NCBI RefSeq assembly: GCF_006345805.1
Contig: NC_043011.1
Coordinates: forward strand, 37,398,464 to 37,462,463
DNA length: 64,000 bases
From: Octopus sinensis
Taxonomy: Eukaryota
Reading direction: 5' to 3'
The notes below the pieces were generated by a model, which was not told where the DNA came from, searched no databases, and was given only the letters and a program-made list of their open reading frames with translations. This document shows, piece after piece, positions 37,721-50,959 of this stretch (its first letter is position 1; every line of letters starts with the position of its first letter). Both the position numbers and the translations under genes were made by a program.

Positions 37721-37979
37721 ATTTACATTGCAGCAGTCGTTGTAGGCATTAAGTATACACACTGATACTTTATCGTTATAAAGTATATTACGAATTTAAC
37801 AACGAAATAAATTGCAAGTTCATAGAACTGTAATAGCGAGCGATATAACTATATAGAAAATAATGGTATGCATTAAAGAGGTAATGAATTATTGATGAGA
37901 TGTGTCTTTTCAGTGAATACATAATATTGTAGTAAGCGCGCTCTGTGTATACGTGATGCATACTTATACATACATACAT

Positions 37980-38021
<42 letters not shown>

Positions 38022-38293
38022 GTACATTATATGCTTTTCTGTGTGTGTACATTCATATGTATGTATGTATATATTTATGCATATGTGTGTGGGTATATAC
38101 GTCAATATATAAGTATATATCTACCTTTCATCTTACCGTAATCGTTAGAATAACATTTTGAAGGCAATATAGTAAATGTAATTGACGTTAGTTTTAATGA
38201 AAGTACACGTGTCCTTCTTACGATAGTTCAACGGCTCGCCTGAATTTGTATGTATATACATATATACATACATGCATACATACATACACACAC

Positions 38294-38326
<33 letters not shown>

Positions 38327-38361
38327 CATACATACATACATAACATAACATATGTACATAC

Positions 38362-38815
38362 AGAGGAGTATTGGTGAAATGTCCCACTGAAAACCTTAAT
38401 ATAATGTAAGCACAACAGACCTGATAAAATGATTTGGGATTGATAAGAGAAACTGCGTACAATTGTGGAAATTAGCTACCAACATAATATTGAAGATCAA
38501 TGAGAAGGACAGTATCTACGTTGGACTATTGAGAAATCTGAAGTTACTCTATCCAGATTAAAAGTTCAGGTTTATTCTTGTAATTTATCGGGTCCCTGGG
38601 ATATGTAAAGCACTCCTTAATACCAATCTTGAGAAATTAGGCTTCTCAAAACCAGAAAAGAAAAGCTGAGTCGAAGACTGCAGATCCAATCCATCACTGG
38701 AGCTGTAAAAATCGGTAAAACTTTCCAGAATTTTATCATTTATATATATATGAGCATGTCTAGATATGCAATTATATGCATGAGTATACATACATAAAAG
38801 AAAACATACAAATAT
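38362..38815 (+). mobile_element. R4/Dong-like (restriction-like endonuclease) LINE 3' fragment
   Basis: Decayed translation EYW*NVPLKT..CKHNRPDKMIWD...KINEKDSIY..LLRNLKLLYPD*KF...LNTNLEKLGFSKPE carries the RPD..D and K..KY-type motifs of REL endonucleases; flanked by (TACA)n/(CATA)n. Confidence 0.75.
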
Positions 38816-40041
38816 CCACATACGCATACATACATATATGCATACATACATACATACAAAAATACTTTATTGTTGATGCTGAAATTCAAGAGGGAGCATT
38901 GGATCTAGGCTAGAAACCAGCACTTTCTCTACTGGCAAGAAATCTTGAAATAGAACTAAATAATGACATATATGCATATATACCTACATACATATATACA
39001 TACCCGTATGCACGTACTCAAGAAGTGATATATGTAGATGCAAGACGTTTACTGCATACTATGGAAATATACAAGTATAAAACCAACGTGAAAACCAGGG
39101 ATAGTTGTTGCTTCGTCATGTTGGTACACGAAAAGCAGCTGTAGTGGCGTCAGAAATCATCAGAAATAAATGGTTTTGTGGAGTGGATAAATTTAGCGGA
39201 GGCGTTGGACAACGGACAGGAGAAAATATCTAATGACTTAGAAAACAAATATATTGGGTATTTACACCGAAAATACAACAAAGCAAATTTACAAAAGTAA
39301 TTGTTCTCACGTGTAACGTTCGGTAAACAAGTAATGCGAAAATTAAATGTTGAACACAAAAGTAAAGTAGCACGAGATAAGGGAATTGATATATTCTCTG
39401 AATGACCTAAAGAAGGAACACAATGAAGAGGCCAGAACGGAAGTAATACGCTGTGTACAGACAGTTTTAAATTCTAGAGGGATGAAAATAGGAAGACCAG
39501 TAGGTAGAAGGATTCACTGCAATATGGCAATAATAATCTACATTAAGCTATGAAAACGACACGATTAATGGAAATGTCAAAGCTGAGACTGTATACCAGC
39601 AGATGTAACAAACTTTTAAACCGCACCCTTCAACAGATGCGAATTAATTGGTCTATCCACGCTCGATGCCTGAGGAGTGCATGTGTTATTTGTCAGCTTC
39701 AACGAAACTCACGGATGACTGTCAAGTATTTTTAAAATGGAGACCAGGCATAAAGCTCTTGAAAATCATTAGTGTTTTAAGCGTAATATGTATCTAAAAT
39801 AAAAGCAGATACGATCTCGAAGAACACTCGAGGAATAAGGAAGAGTAAAATTAGACGTCCAGTTGAAACAGAAACGCCTGAAACGAAGAGATGGGTCTGA
39901 ATTCTGAACAAGGGGAAGTCGGAAAGAAAGTTGAGGAACTGAGACCGGAAGTGTCACATTACGATTAAACTTGATAAGTCTGCAGAAAATACATATTCAC
40001 ACACGCACTCACAGATTTAGAGAAAGAGAAACAGCTGGATG

Positions 40042-40087
<46 letters not shown>

Positions 40088-40251
40088 TACAGTATGTGTT
40101 CAAGTGCATTGCCTGTCGCCATGGCAACGTGAAAATAGTTGCATGAAGACGTTGGATATGTGCGTTGCCAATAAATTAAAGATATTACGCACAAAAAACA
40201 TATTAATATATGTATTTATATTTTATCTGTATCTATCTATCTATTAATATA

Positions 40252-40291
<40 letters not shown>

Positions 40292-40344
40292 TGTATATAT
40301 ATATGTATGTATGTAAATATTTATATATATATATAAATAAATAA

Positions 40345-40375
<31 letters not shown>

Positions 40376-40508
40376 TATATCATATATATATATCATATAT
40401 ATATATCATAGATATATATTTTATTAATTTTGCCTGCACGACTGCTATTTGCTGACACTTATGATGGTATTTTATATATATATATATATATATATGGTAT
40501 TATATGAT

Positions 40509-40540
<32 letters not shown>

Positions 40541-40543
<3 letters not shown>

Positions 40544-40957
40544 GTGTGTAAATATATGTGGCTGTATAAGTGTGTGTGTGAGTGTGCGTATATATATGTC
40601 CCTGTGTACGTGTGTCTATGTGTGTCAGTGTATATTTTGGTATATTTTGGTTTGTAAAACATGGTATGAAGTTTAAATCTAATAAACTGTTCCTTTTATT
40701 TGCATGGTATTTAGTTTATCTGCAAATATATTTCTGATAAGGGAATACTTGAAGGTTTTCATGAACTTCGATTATATCTAGTGTAATTACTCTCATAATT
40801 ACTTTAATATGTATATACATATATACATGTGTGCGTATGTTTGTGTGTATATATAAAAGTAAATATGAGATTGATAGTACTATTAAAATACCATCACAAG
40901 TGGCAGCGAATACCAGCCGTGCAGACAAAATTTATATGATATATATATTTTTTTTTC

Positions 40958-41028
<71 letters not shown>

Positions 41029-41191
41029 CATAACGTTTCTGCATAATCTCTTTCATTTCATGGCAATGCATACACACATACACTCTCACTCAACGTGTGT
41101 GTGTGTGTGTCTGTAGTCTGCTAATACTTTTCATGTACCACGTCCTTGCGTTATAATTTTCTTTTGTGTTAGTTCTTCGTTTTGGGGATTT

Positions 41192-41254
<63 letters not shown>

Positions 41255-41498
41255 GTGTGTAAATATATGTGGCTGTATAAGTGTGTGTGTGAGTGTGCGT
41301 ATATATATGTCTCTGTGTACGTGTGTCTATGTGTGTCAGTGTATATTTTGGTATATTTTGGTTTGTAAAAGATGGTATGAAGTTTAAATCTAATAAACTG
41401 TTCCTTTAATTTGCATGGTATTTAGTTTATCTGCAAATATATTTCTGATAAGGGAATACTTGAAGGTTTTCATGAACTTCGATTATATCTAGTGTAAT
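40541..41498 (+). repeat. 247-bp recent direct duplication (40541-40787 and 41252-41498)
   Basis: Three substitutions seen between the copies; both start right after a (TA)n tract. Confidence 0.9.
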
Positions 41499-41724
41499 GT
41501 GTAAATCTTGTCTTTTTTATTTGATAGATAAATGTCAGATTCAAACTCTATTAGTCTTGTAGACCAGGTATGGAATGTAATTGTTGATCAATTTTCAAGC
41601 GATGCTAACGCTTTGGCTATGGAATGCATCTGGTCTTCAATGCCAACTGTTGAAAAGCAAACTCCATATTTCGCTATTTATTGGATAATATTTCCAATTT
41701 AGTCCTCATTTTTCTCTCTCTCTC

Positions 41725-42008
41725 TTTCTCTTTACTCTTTTACTTGTTTCAGTCATTTGACTGCGGCCATGCTGGAGCACCGCCTTTAATCGAGCAAATC
41801 GACCCCGGGACTTATTCTCTGTAAGCCTAGTACTTATTTTATCGGTCTCTTTTGCTGAACCGCTAAGTGACGGGGACATAAACACACTAGCACCGGTTGT
41901 CAAGCGATGTTGGTTGGGATAAACACAGACACACAACCATACACGCACACACATATATATATATTTACATATATACGACGGGCTTCTTTCAGTTTCCGTC
42001 TACCAAAT
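41725..42008 (-). mobile_element. SINE-B 3' two-thirds
   Basis: ttgtttcagtcatttgactgcggccatgctggagcaccgcc...tttcagtttccgtctaccaaat. Confidence 0.85.
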
Positions 42009-42193
42009 ATGCTAGTCATATTCTAAGCATATTTAGCCTCTATCTTATATTTTGACATTTAGACTTATCAATTGTTTAGAATAAACTTCCGTGAAGAAGC
42101 TTAATTTTTGAAAACATTATTGGATATATTTACGAACAAACAAATTTTATTTTAGTTACCTTATGTGATCTTCATCTTTGAGATATTACACAA

Positions 42194-42503
42194 TGGAGGC
42201 ACATGGACTAGTGTTTAGAGCAGCGGATTCACTGTCGAGGGATCGCGGGTTCGAATCTCAGACCGGGCGATGTGTGTGTTTATGAGCGAAACACCTAAGC
42301 TCCACTCGGCTCTGGCAGAAGGTAACGGCGAAACTTCTGCTGGCGCTTTCACCACAACTTTCTATCACTCTTTCCTCCTGCATCTTGCGGCTCACCTGCA
42401 ACGGACCGGCGTCCCGTCTAGGTGGGGAACCTATACGCCAAGAAAACGGGAAACCGGCCCTTATGAGCCAGGGCATGGCTCGAGAAGGAACAAACAAAAC
42501 AAC
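42194..42503 (+). mobile_element. SINE-C (tRNA-derived), full length
   Basis: Head tggaggcacatggactagtgtttagagc with B-box gggttcgaatctc; (CAA)-rich tail; TSD agatatta(c/g)acaa at 42181-42193 and 42504-42516. Confidence 0.85.
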
Positions 42504-44212
42504 AGATATTAGACAACGAGACTTTTCGTCAATTGATTAATTTAATTATGGCAGATGGCTGTTATATCGGTTAGACACTGTACTATACATATACAAAAAC
42601 GACGGGATACACAATCTGTCCATTCATCATATTTCACTTACAAAGGCTTGCCACCTGCTTCGTAGATATATTAAATAAGAACATTCCGGAGATGCTACTC
42701 AGCGAGATCGAACTCGTAGCCCCATGCATCAGAACCCATTATTTAAACCCCCATAATCATCAGAGTACCAATGTATAATGAATATATTTTGTTGTTGAAA
42801 AATCTGTGTTTGTATTTTATACATTTTCATACTTTTAATTCCGATTTTGCACCATTCTTGACATATGACAAAACAGTCACTTTTCTAACACTTGCTTCTC
42901 CTAGAGAATTTACCCACGTTCACAATAAATCAGCTGTTTTGATTTGTATACAATTCTAATAAACCTATCCGAATTGAGAAGTTATGAATCATGACAACCA
43001 GTTGTATGACATTAGTAGTAGCAGAGTTAAAATGCATTCTCTACGTGCTGTTCTGTGTGACAAACACTAGAATGCATTTAGATTATTAAGATTAACCTGA
43101 TGGCTTTATGCCAAGTTTTATGAGATTTTCCGTCTTTTGGGAATATTAAGGCATATGGCAGCAATTGATATTCTCATAGAATTGCACTTCGGTAGTCTTG
43201 TGAAAGAGTTGTTTAGTATAGAGCAGCTTGTCAAATAGAAGTATTGTCTTCATTATGACAATTTCCATCCAATGTTTATAGAATAAGTGAACTAAAAGAA
43301 CGACACATGTCGAAAACAGATTCAGAGTTCTTCTATACAATTTTTCTGTCAATGGATCAGTTGTGTGTGAACAACAAAGAAAAGAAATTCAAGCTATGTT
43401 GGGTATTGGTTTGGTCAAATGCTTAGAAAGTCATGCTGACTGTTTCATATTGTTGAGCACAGAACATTGTAACAAATTTATAACAGAGGTTATTTATTAT
43501 ATATCTTTATGCTTTACAAAATAGATCTTGTTGGGTTTTAAAATTTCTACACCGTACCTAGATCGATTTGCTGTTCATACTTCTAATACTGATATATTAT
43601 GTTCATACCAAGCACTGTGGTCTATAGAAACAGACATAACCATTTCTAAATTATGCGCGAGCAAGGCTACAGAATGTTGACGAAAATAACGATTTAAATA
43701 ATAAATTCTTTTACCTAATGCTGGTCTGATGATTATGAAGATGATGACACTAGAAAAGAGATCAGTCGGAACATGCAAGCGCTGTCGATGCTTATACCAG
43801 ATATTCTTGATGAAGCAAACGTATGCTCAAATGTATTACAGCCAGGACTATGTAATTCCTTTTAAAATCTGATGGTGGTGTGCTTTGACGATGAGATTGC
43901 CCATGTATCTAAATGCCTGAGCATAGAGGCTCAAATGCAAGCTCGGTCTCTGGAAATTATGGAAATACGAATTGATACCCAAAATAATTTCTTGATGTTT
44001 CAAAATATCTGTCATGATTTTCGAATTATATTCTATTCATTTCTTTCTCTTGTTTTCCTGTCATTGTCTTATCTTTCCCAAGCATGGCTATCTTCGCAAT
44101 AATACAATATTTCTCCGTATTCTGGTATTGTTGCTGCTCCAGACGTTATTGTTCGCTCTTAGGTCAACATCGGTGGAACATACCTATTAAATACAACCAC
44201 TATTCGTTGTGG

Positions 44213-44470
44213 TGGAGGCGCGTGGCTTAGTTGGTTAGGGTATTGGACACAGGACCACAAGATTGTGGTTTCGATTCCTGGACAGGGTTACGCATTGTGT
44301 TATTGGACAAAACACTTCATTTCACATTGCTACAGTCCACGCAGCTGGCAAAAATGATTAATCAGGCGACGGACCGGTGTCCCCTCCGGGTGGGGAATTT
44401 AAACGCCATGACACCGGGAAAACCGGCCCTTGTGTGTCACCATGTCTGGCGAAGGTAATTTTACTTTTTA
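44213..44470 (+). mobile_element. SINE-C group element
   Basis: Head tggaggcgcgtggcttagttggttaggg, B-box ggtttcgattcc; shares gacggaccggtgtccc and gggaaaaccggccct with the 42194 copy. Confidence 0.75.
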
Positions 44471-44749
44471 CTTCCTCTTCAATGTGATAAAGTATCAATA
44501 CTTCTTTTGTCTATATTTCCGTTTCTTGGTGTACTGCACATAGGTGCCTCCTTCTATGTTCTTAGTAACGTATTTGTTCCGTGTTGCTGGTAAACCATTC
44601 GTTGAATATTTCTGCATGCCTGATCCGACACTTACGATCTTTCCCAGAGCACATCTTAGTCGATTATGAGAAATAAGTTTTTTGGAGTCTGTACATGTGT
44701 GAGTGATTGTGTGAGTGTGTGTGTGTGTGTATGTGAGTGTGTGTGTGCA

Positions 44750-44798
<49 letters not shown>

Positions 44799-45892
44799 AA
44801 GAGAGAAAAGAGAGCAAAGGAAAGGCAGGGAGAAACAAGCAAAAATTCCCCCCAGTATCGCTATCGTTTTTTACTAATTGATTCGAAAGCAACAAAAAAC
44901 AAATGTGACCTTAGCAGGATTTGTAATTAAAACGTTGGGCCGGAAATATCGTTTTAAAAATTTGTCACAAGGCTAGCAATTTTGCATGAGGAGATAAACC
45001 GATTATATCGACGCCTGTGTTCAACTGGTAATTATTTTATAGACTTAGAAAGATTGAAAGGCAAAGTCGACGCCGGTTGGTACTTGAGCTACGAACGTAA
45101 AGTCGGAAGAAATGCCACTTCACCGCCTTATAGACTCAGAGATATTGCAACGGATTCTTGCCCACACGCTAACGGTTTTAAACATCGCTTAAATGCTTAC
45201 TACTACGACTATGTTCATATAATATACAATAATATGAAGAACGAAACTAAAAATAGAAAACAAAGCATAGGTGAATAAAACAAAAAAAAATTATACCATA
45301 AACTATTCATGGAACATTTTTCAATAAAATTTTGACATATATTGTTTACCCTTTTTATATATCAGCCCAGTAGATCTGTTATAATATATTTTCTACATCT
45401 TTTTTTTTTTTATTTTCCAAGCTATATGAGAGAGAGATTAACTATCTGATCTTTCAGCCACGTGGCATTTATGAAGGATATACATTTATTTTGACATAGA
45501 TTTGTGGTTAATATTTATTCTCAAACACATTCGCATCTATGTACGAAATAAAATAATATATAGCTGATGGGAATTTGTTGCACAAATGATATGAACATGA
45601 AACTGGATGGCTTGCAGTGATAATTTTAGTGATTTTGATTCTAGATAAAAATAAAATGTTATAAAATATGAGTCATTAGATAAGTAACACGAACTTTTGA
45701 ATAATACAAATTTCTTTCCGATTGCACACAAACACCACATATTTTTGAGAAGTATACTAACGTAGCTGAAATAGCAGTACCACATCGACTGTAATTCATG
45801 ATCAAGATAATTCATCTGCTTCAAGCATATTTTGCTCTGTATGTTTCAAGTGAGACCATTGCTGCAATAGCGATCACGCATTTGGTACAGTG

Positions 45893-46075
45893 CTCATCAT
45901 CATTGTTCGACCGTGGTCGAGACAAGGAAATTTACCATGCTACGCCAGACTTCACGGTCCATCATGGCATTACGGAGGGCCTGCTGCTGGATGCCTGTAT
46001 CCCTGGAGATTACATCAGGGTAGGAGAGTGTGCGCCCTCTGGTATATCTGAAACTAGATATTAGTCCAAATCGAA
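45893..46075 (-). mobile_element. RTE-like LINE 3' end
   Basis: RGRTLSYPDVISRDTGIQQQALRNAMMDREVWRSMV* fits the RGRP...D...DR..WR C-terminus of RTE-clade ORFs, followed by a short (TGA)n tail. Confidence 0.75.
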
Positions 46076-46282
46076 ATAAAACCATTATCCTACTTCACAC
46101 TGACACCAAACAACAATACGTATCTCAGAGTGGCACTGCTTCACGTCTCCTCGCCTAAACTATCGCAAATGCCGTGGCATCTGCTTCTCAGAAACAGCTA
46201 GTGACTACAATTATCCATGTTTTCTCGCTCATTCATTTCTCTCTCATTTTCGTTCTGCTAACTCTGTTTTAATCCACATACG

Positions 46283-46505
46283 TGGAGGCGCATGACTTAG
46301 TGGTTAGGGGTGTTGGACTCATGATCGTAAGTTACAGTTTCGATTCTTGGACGAGGCAACGCATTGTGATCTTGAGCAAAACACTTCCTTTCACGCTACT
46401 CCAGTCTAATCAGCTAGCAAAAAATGAGTAATCCTCCGATGGAACGGCGTCCCGTCCACGTTGGGAATTTATACAGCAAGAAACTGGGAAAGCATATGAG
46501 AAGTG
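46283..46505 (+). mobile_element. SINE-C group element
   Basis: tggaggcgcatgacttagtggttagggtg...tcttgagcaaaacacttcctttcac. Confidence 0.72.
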
Positions 46506-47159
46506 GAGGCACAGGAGGTTCTACAACATATAAATACATGACTGTAAGGATTGAACACTCATCCAGAGTACAAAGCATTTATAATTCTTTCTCGTATCAC
46601 GTTTTATCTTGAAGGTGTCGGCAAACAGATTTTCTAGATAGATATAAACCATTTTATTTTGCCAATTCTGGGAAAGTCTACGAAAGACATCTCCGCTCTC
46701 GATCTAGCCAATGAAACAACTATACCACAACGTTCAGTGTAACATTCATGGCTTTCCTCAGTGAATTTGTGGGTTCCAATAATATAATGACTCGTTGGGA
46801 TTCACTGTATGACGTAATTGTTTTGTGTGGTGTTTTGTCCTTCAAACTCTGTCCTTTGTAATAACTTTACTTTATGTCTGTTATAATGCTTTTTTCTCAG
46901 AATTAACTATTTCAAAATAGTTTGTAGTTTTATATATTTGAATGGAACGTCACAGCAACTTGTTCAAACACGGGCTTTATAAGAAATATTGACGTATAAC
47001 ATAAGCACAAGATCAGACATCCTAGACGCAGTGTTAAGACAAATGAATCGACCCTACTGTTTGAAGGGTGCGTTATTTCAATGAAAAAGCTGATAGCATA
47101 AGGGGAAAAAAAGGCACGAGAGAAAACTTTTTCTTTCTACTGTATGACAAGGTCTGGAA

Positions 47160-47700
47160 TCTTAAGGAAAGTAGGAATCGTTGATTACATTGATCGCAGT
47201 GATCGACTGGGAATTATTTCACAGATATTTAAAAGATGAAAGGAAAAGTGGAACTCGACGGGTTTTGATGCACGCTCTTAAGATTCTAAGAAGACATTTT
47301 GGTTATCAAATTGCGGCACAAGGCCTGCAATTTTAGTGGAAGATTAAATCGATTACATCGATTTTACTACTCAAGGATGCATTAAGGGCACCGTTAGAAT
47401 TTGAACTGAAAATGTGAAGATGGGTAAAATGCCGCTAAGCAATTTGGCCTGCGTGCTGATGATTCTGCCAGCTCGCTGTCTGTCTGTCAAGCAAAATGAA
47501 TATTGGTATCAAACGTTGTCAAACAACAGCAATTTCTTCAGTGTGAGTAAATCGAGTTCGTTGACTCCATTCCTCAACTGGCACTTGTTTTATCAACTCC
47601 GAAATGATGAGAGGCAAAGTCGACCTTGATGGAATTCGAACAGAGAACGTACAGGCGGCCGGAAATGCTACGAATCATTTTGCCCTGGATGCTAATAATT
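47160..47700 (-). mobile_element. About three highly degraded SINE-A copies
   Basis: Recurring gatgaaaggaaaagtggaactc / ggcaaagtcgacctt and gccgctaagcaattt motifs. Confidence 0.6.
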
Positions 47701-47710
47701 GAAAGATAAA

Positions 47711-47957
47711 TACATTATTTACATTATTTACATTCGACGGTAATTTGACATCATCTTGTTTGTTGTCAATAAGGATAACAATAATATCGAAAAATACTTT
47801 AGGAATGAGAACCCAGGTTCGAAATTTCCCCAAGACACCTGATGAAGGCTGGAGGGTAGATCAGCTGAAAAGTTGTGTTAACAACAAACAAGAAAAGGAC
47901 AAATATCCGTGAAATGTAAATAATGTACGTAATTCCTCATCTCTTAAACATAGAACT
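47711..47957 (+). mobile_element. Short Penelope-like/retrozyme-like element with inverted ends and a hammerhead core
   Basis: ~46-bp inverted repeats (47720-47765 and 47882-47927) enclosing ACAC-CTGATGA-aGGCTG..CAGCT-GAAA-aGTT-GTGT. Confidence 0.65.
47834..47879 (+). ncRNA. Minimal type-I hammerhead ribozyme, probably inactivated
   Basis: CTGATGA 47839-45, stem II GGCTG/CAGCT, GAAA 47867-70, stem I ACAC/GTGT; the base after GAAA is A where C is needed to pair with the following G. Confidence 0.65.
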
Positions 47958-48296
47958 CGATAAATACATTTACTATAGCATGTAGCAAGATGCATATTAA
48001 ATATATTGATGGTGTGGTAACAAATGAGAAAGTGTATACATTTATTATTGGAAACTTATTAACTCATAGAAGCATTATATGAATAGTGGAGATTGAATTT
48101 CGTAACTTACATGAGGAGAAGGCATAGGATTGAGAGAGAACGAGATGTTAGAGAAATATTCTTCGAATCGTCTCAATATCAATAAACGTAATCATTGTGA
48201 CGATCACTAGAGAGATGATGACAACGACGAAGACAACTATAATAATGAGCATATATACATACATACATACATATATATATTATATATATATAATAT

Positions 48297-48366
<70 letters not shown>

Positions 48367-48557
48367 TATATATATATATATATGTATATATATAAGAAGA
48401 TATGTATATATATATATGTATATATATAACAACATTTTGTTATAAATCTGCTGTTTTTAAAGAAAGCATATTACTCTACTTCTGGTATTTGAGTACTCCT
48501 TTTTCCACCTTCTTTCAGATGTATGTGCATACTCTGGTATATATATCTGTATGTACA

Positions 48558-48590
<33 letters not shown>

Positions 48591-48592
<2 letters not shown>

Positions 48593-48998
48593 TCTTACTC
48601 TTTTATTCTTTTACTTGTTTCAGTCATTTGACTGTGGCCATACTGGAGCCCCGCTTTTAGTCTAGCAAGTCGACCCCAGGACTTATTCTTTGTAAGCCTC
48701 GTACTTATTCTATCGGTCTCTTTTGCCGAACTGCTAAGTTACGGGGACGTAAACACACAAGCATCTGTTGTCAAGCGACGTTGAGGGACAAAGACACACA
48801 AACATATACACACACATACATATACATATATACATATATATGACGGGCTTCTTTTAGTTTCCGTCTACCAAATCTACTCACAAGGCTTTGGTCGGCCCGA
48901 GGCTATAGTAGAAGACACTCACCCAAGGGGCCACGCACTGGGAAAAACACGGAACCATGTGGTTGGTAAGCTAGCAACTTACCTCACAGCCTCTCCTG
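48591..48998 (-). mobile_element. SINE-B, full length
   Basis: Same head, CORE and tail architecture as 28909-29309. Confidence 0.85.
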
Positions 48999-49089
48999 CT
49001 GGGGTCGATGACTTCGGTTTTACTGGGGACCGGTCTTGGACAATTGTTTTTGTTTAAACTGGGTATTTGTTGTATCAAATAGTTATATA

Positions 49090-49138
<49 letters not shown>

Positions 49139-49975
49139 TATATATACATATATATATATATTATATATATATATATATGTATATATGTATTTACGTATAT
49201 ACATATACATATATATTCTTTCATTCTTTTATTCTTATATTGTTTTACGTGATTCAATCATTTGACTGCTTCCATGCTGGAGTACTGTCTTTAGTCGAAC
49301 AAAATCGATCCCAGGACTTATTCCTTGTAAGCCAAGTATTTAGTCCATCAGTGTCTTTTGCCGAACCGCTAAATTACGGGGATGTAAACAAACCAACATA
49401 GTTTGTCAAGTGATGCTATGGTGAAAGGCATAGACACACAGACATATACGTATATATATATATATATATACATATATACGGATGGCTTCTTTCAGTTTCC
49501 GTCTACCAAATCCACTCATAAGGCTTTGGGCGGCCCAAGGCTTTAATAGAGGACAGTTGCTCAAAATTCCCAGCAGTGGGACTGAACCTGGATCTATGTG
49601 GTTGGGAATCAAGCTTCTCACCACACAGCTACGCAAAAATGCATATATATTCGGCACAGCATTTTGTCCTGCACATCTGCCCTGCTCGTTCTGTCTCATC
49701 ATATGTGTGTATGGGTGTATGTATTTATGGATGAATGGTTGGATAGTTTTGTTTGTGTGTCTTTTTGTCTTTTTTAGTCCACCGTCATTGCTTGACAAGC
49801 GTTGTTTGTATCTTTACGTTAGGGTAACGTAGCGGTTTGACATATATTCACCGAGGGAACAAGTGGACTTTTAAAAAAAGACAATAAGAACTGGGGTCGA
49901 TGCCTTCGGCTATACTGGGGACCGGTCTTGGACAATTTTTTTTTCTTTAAACTTGGTATTTGTTCTATCAAATAC
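48999..49975 (+). repeat. ~80-bp direct repeat pair (~48999-49080 and ~49891-49975)
   Basis: ctggggtcgatg.cttcgg.t.tactggggaccggtcttggacaatt...tttaaact.ggtatttgtt.tatcaaata occurs twice. Confidence 0.8.
49216..49630 (-). mobile_element. SINE-B, full length (diverged)
   Basis: Same architecture as other SINE-B copies. Confidence 0.8.
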
Positions 49976-50232
49976 TTAACGCTAACAAAAAAGCACCAAC
50001 ACCACTTGTCGAGTTGTGGCGGTGGACAAACACAGGCACAAAGACACACACACACACACACAAAGGCATACAACACACACACACACGCACACACATACAC
50101 ATACATAGATACACTTGCGCATACGATAGAACGAGTAGGACAGAAGTGGGTTTGGTGCGAAGGGCAAAATATTGAACCAAATAGTTTCTAAGAACTTGAT
50201 TGAAACATCAACGAGCCACACGTCCAACTACC

Positions 50233-50456
50233 TATTTCTTTACTACCCACAAGGAGCCAAACACAGAGCGGACAAACAAGGACAGACAAAGGGATTAATT
50301 CGATTATATCGACCCCAGTGCGTAACTGGTACTTATTTAATCGACACCGAAAGGATGAAAGGTAAAGTCGTCCTCGGCGGAATTTGAACTCAGAACGTAG
50401 TGGCAGACGAAATACCGGTAAGCATTTCGCCCGGCGTGCCAACGTTTCTGACAGCT
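50233..50456 (-). mobile_element. SINE-A monomer
   Basis: TSD cgtccaactacc at 50221-50232 and 50457-50468. Confidence 0.9.
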
Positions 50457-50891
50457 CGTCCAACTACCATCGACTATTGGTTTTCGGGTTAAGCCTGTGG
50501 ATCAACGAGGATTCCTTGATAAGTAGATTTCATATATTCTCTCTATCGTCAGTCCGGAAGCGCCTATCATATTGGTAGTGTTGTCTTATTTATGTATGTG
50601 TTCTTCAACGTCTGATTATATTTATAATTCACAAGCAAAACTATCACAGGGTTTCATTATGCTTGAAGCTAGTCAGATCATGTACAGTTATCTTATCGTT
50701 AATATTTTCGTAACTTTATTCTGTGTGAAGCTGATATCAAACCGTAGGATAAAGTTCTCTCAATCAACATCGTTGATACAATCAACGTCCTCAGCTAAGA
50801 TAATCTTTGTCCGGCTTTATCGAAGATTTTCCATTATATACTAAGCTCTTAAGATACTTGACTTAGAAATATGTATATCAAATCAGATTTA

Positions 50892-50940
<49 letters not shown>

Positions 50941-50959
50941 ATATATATATATTATATTA

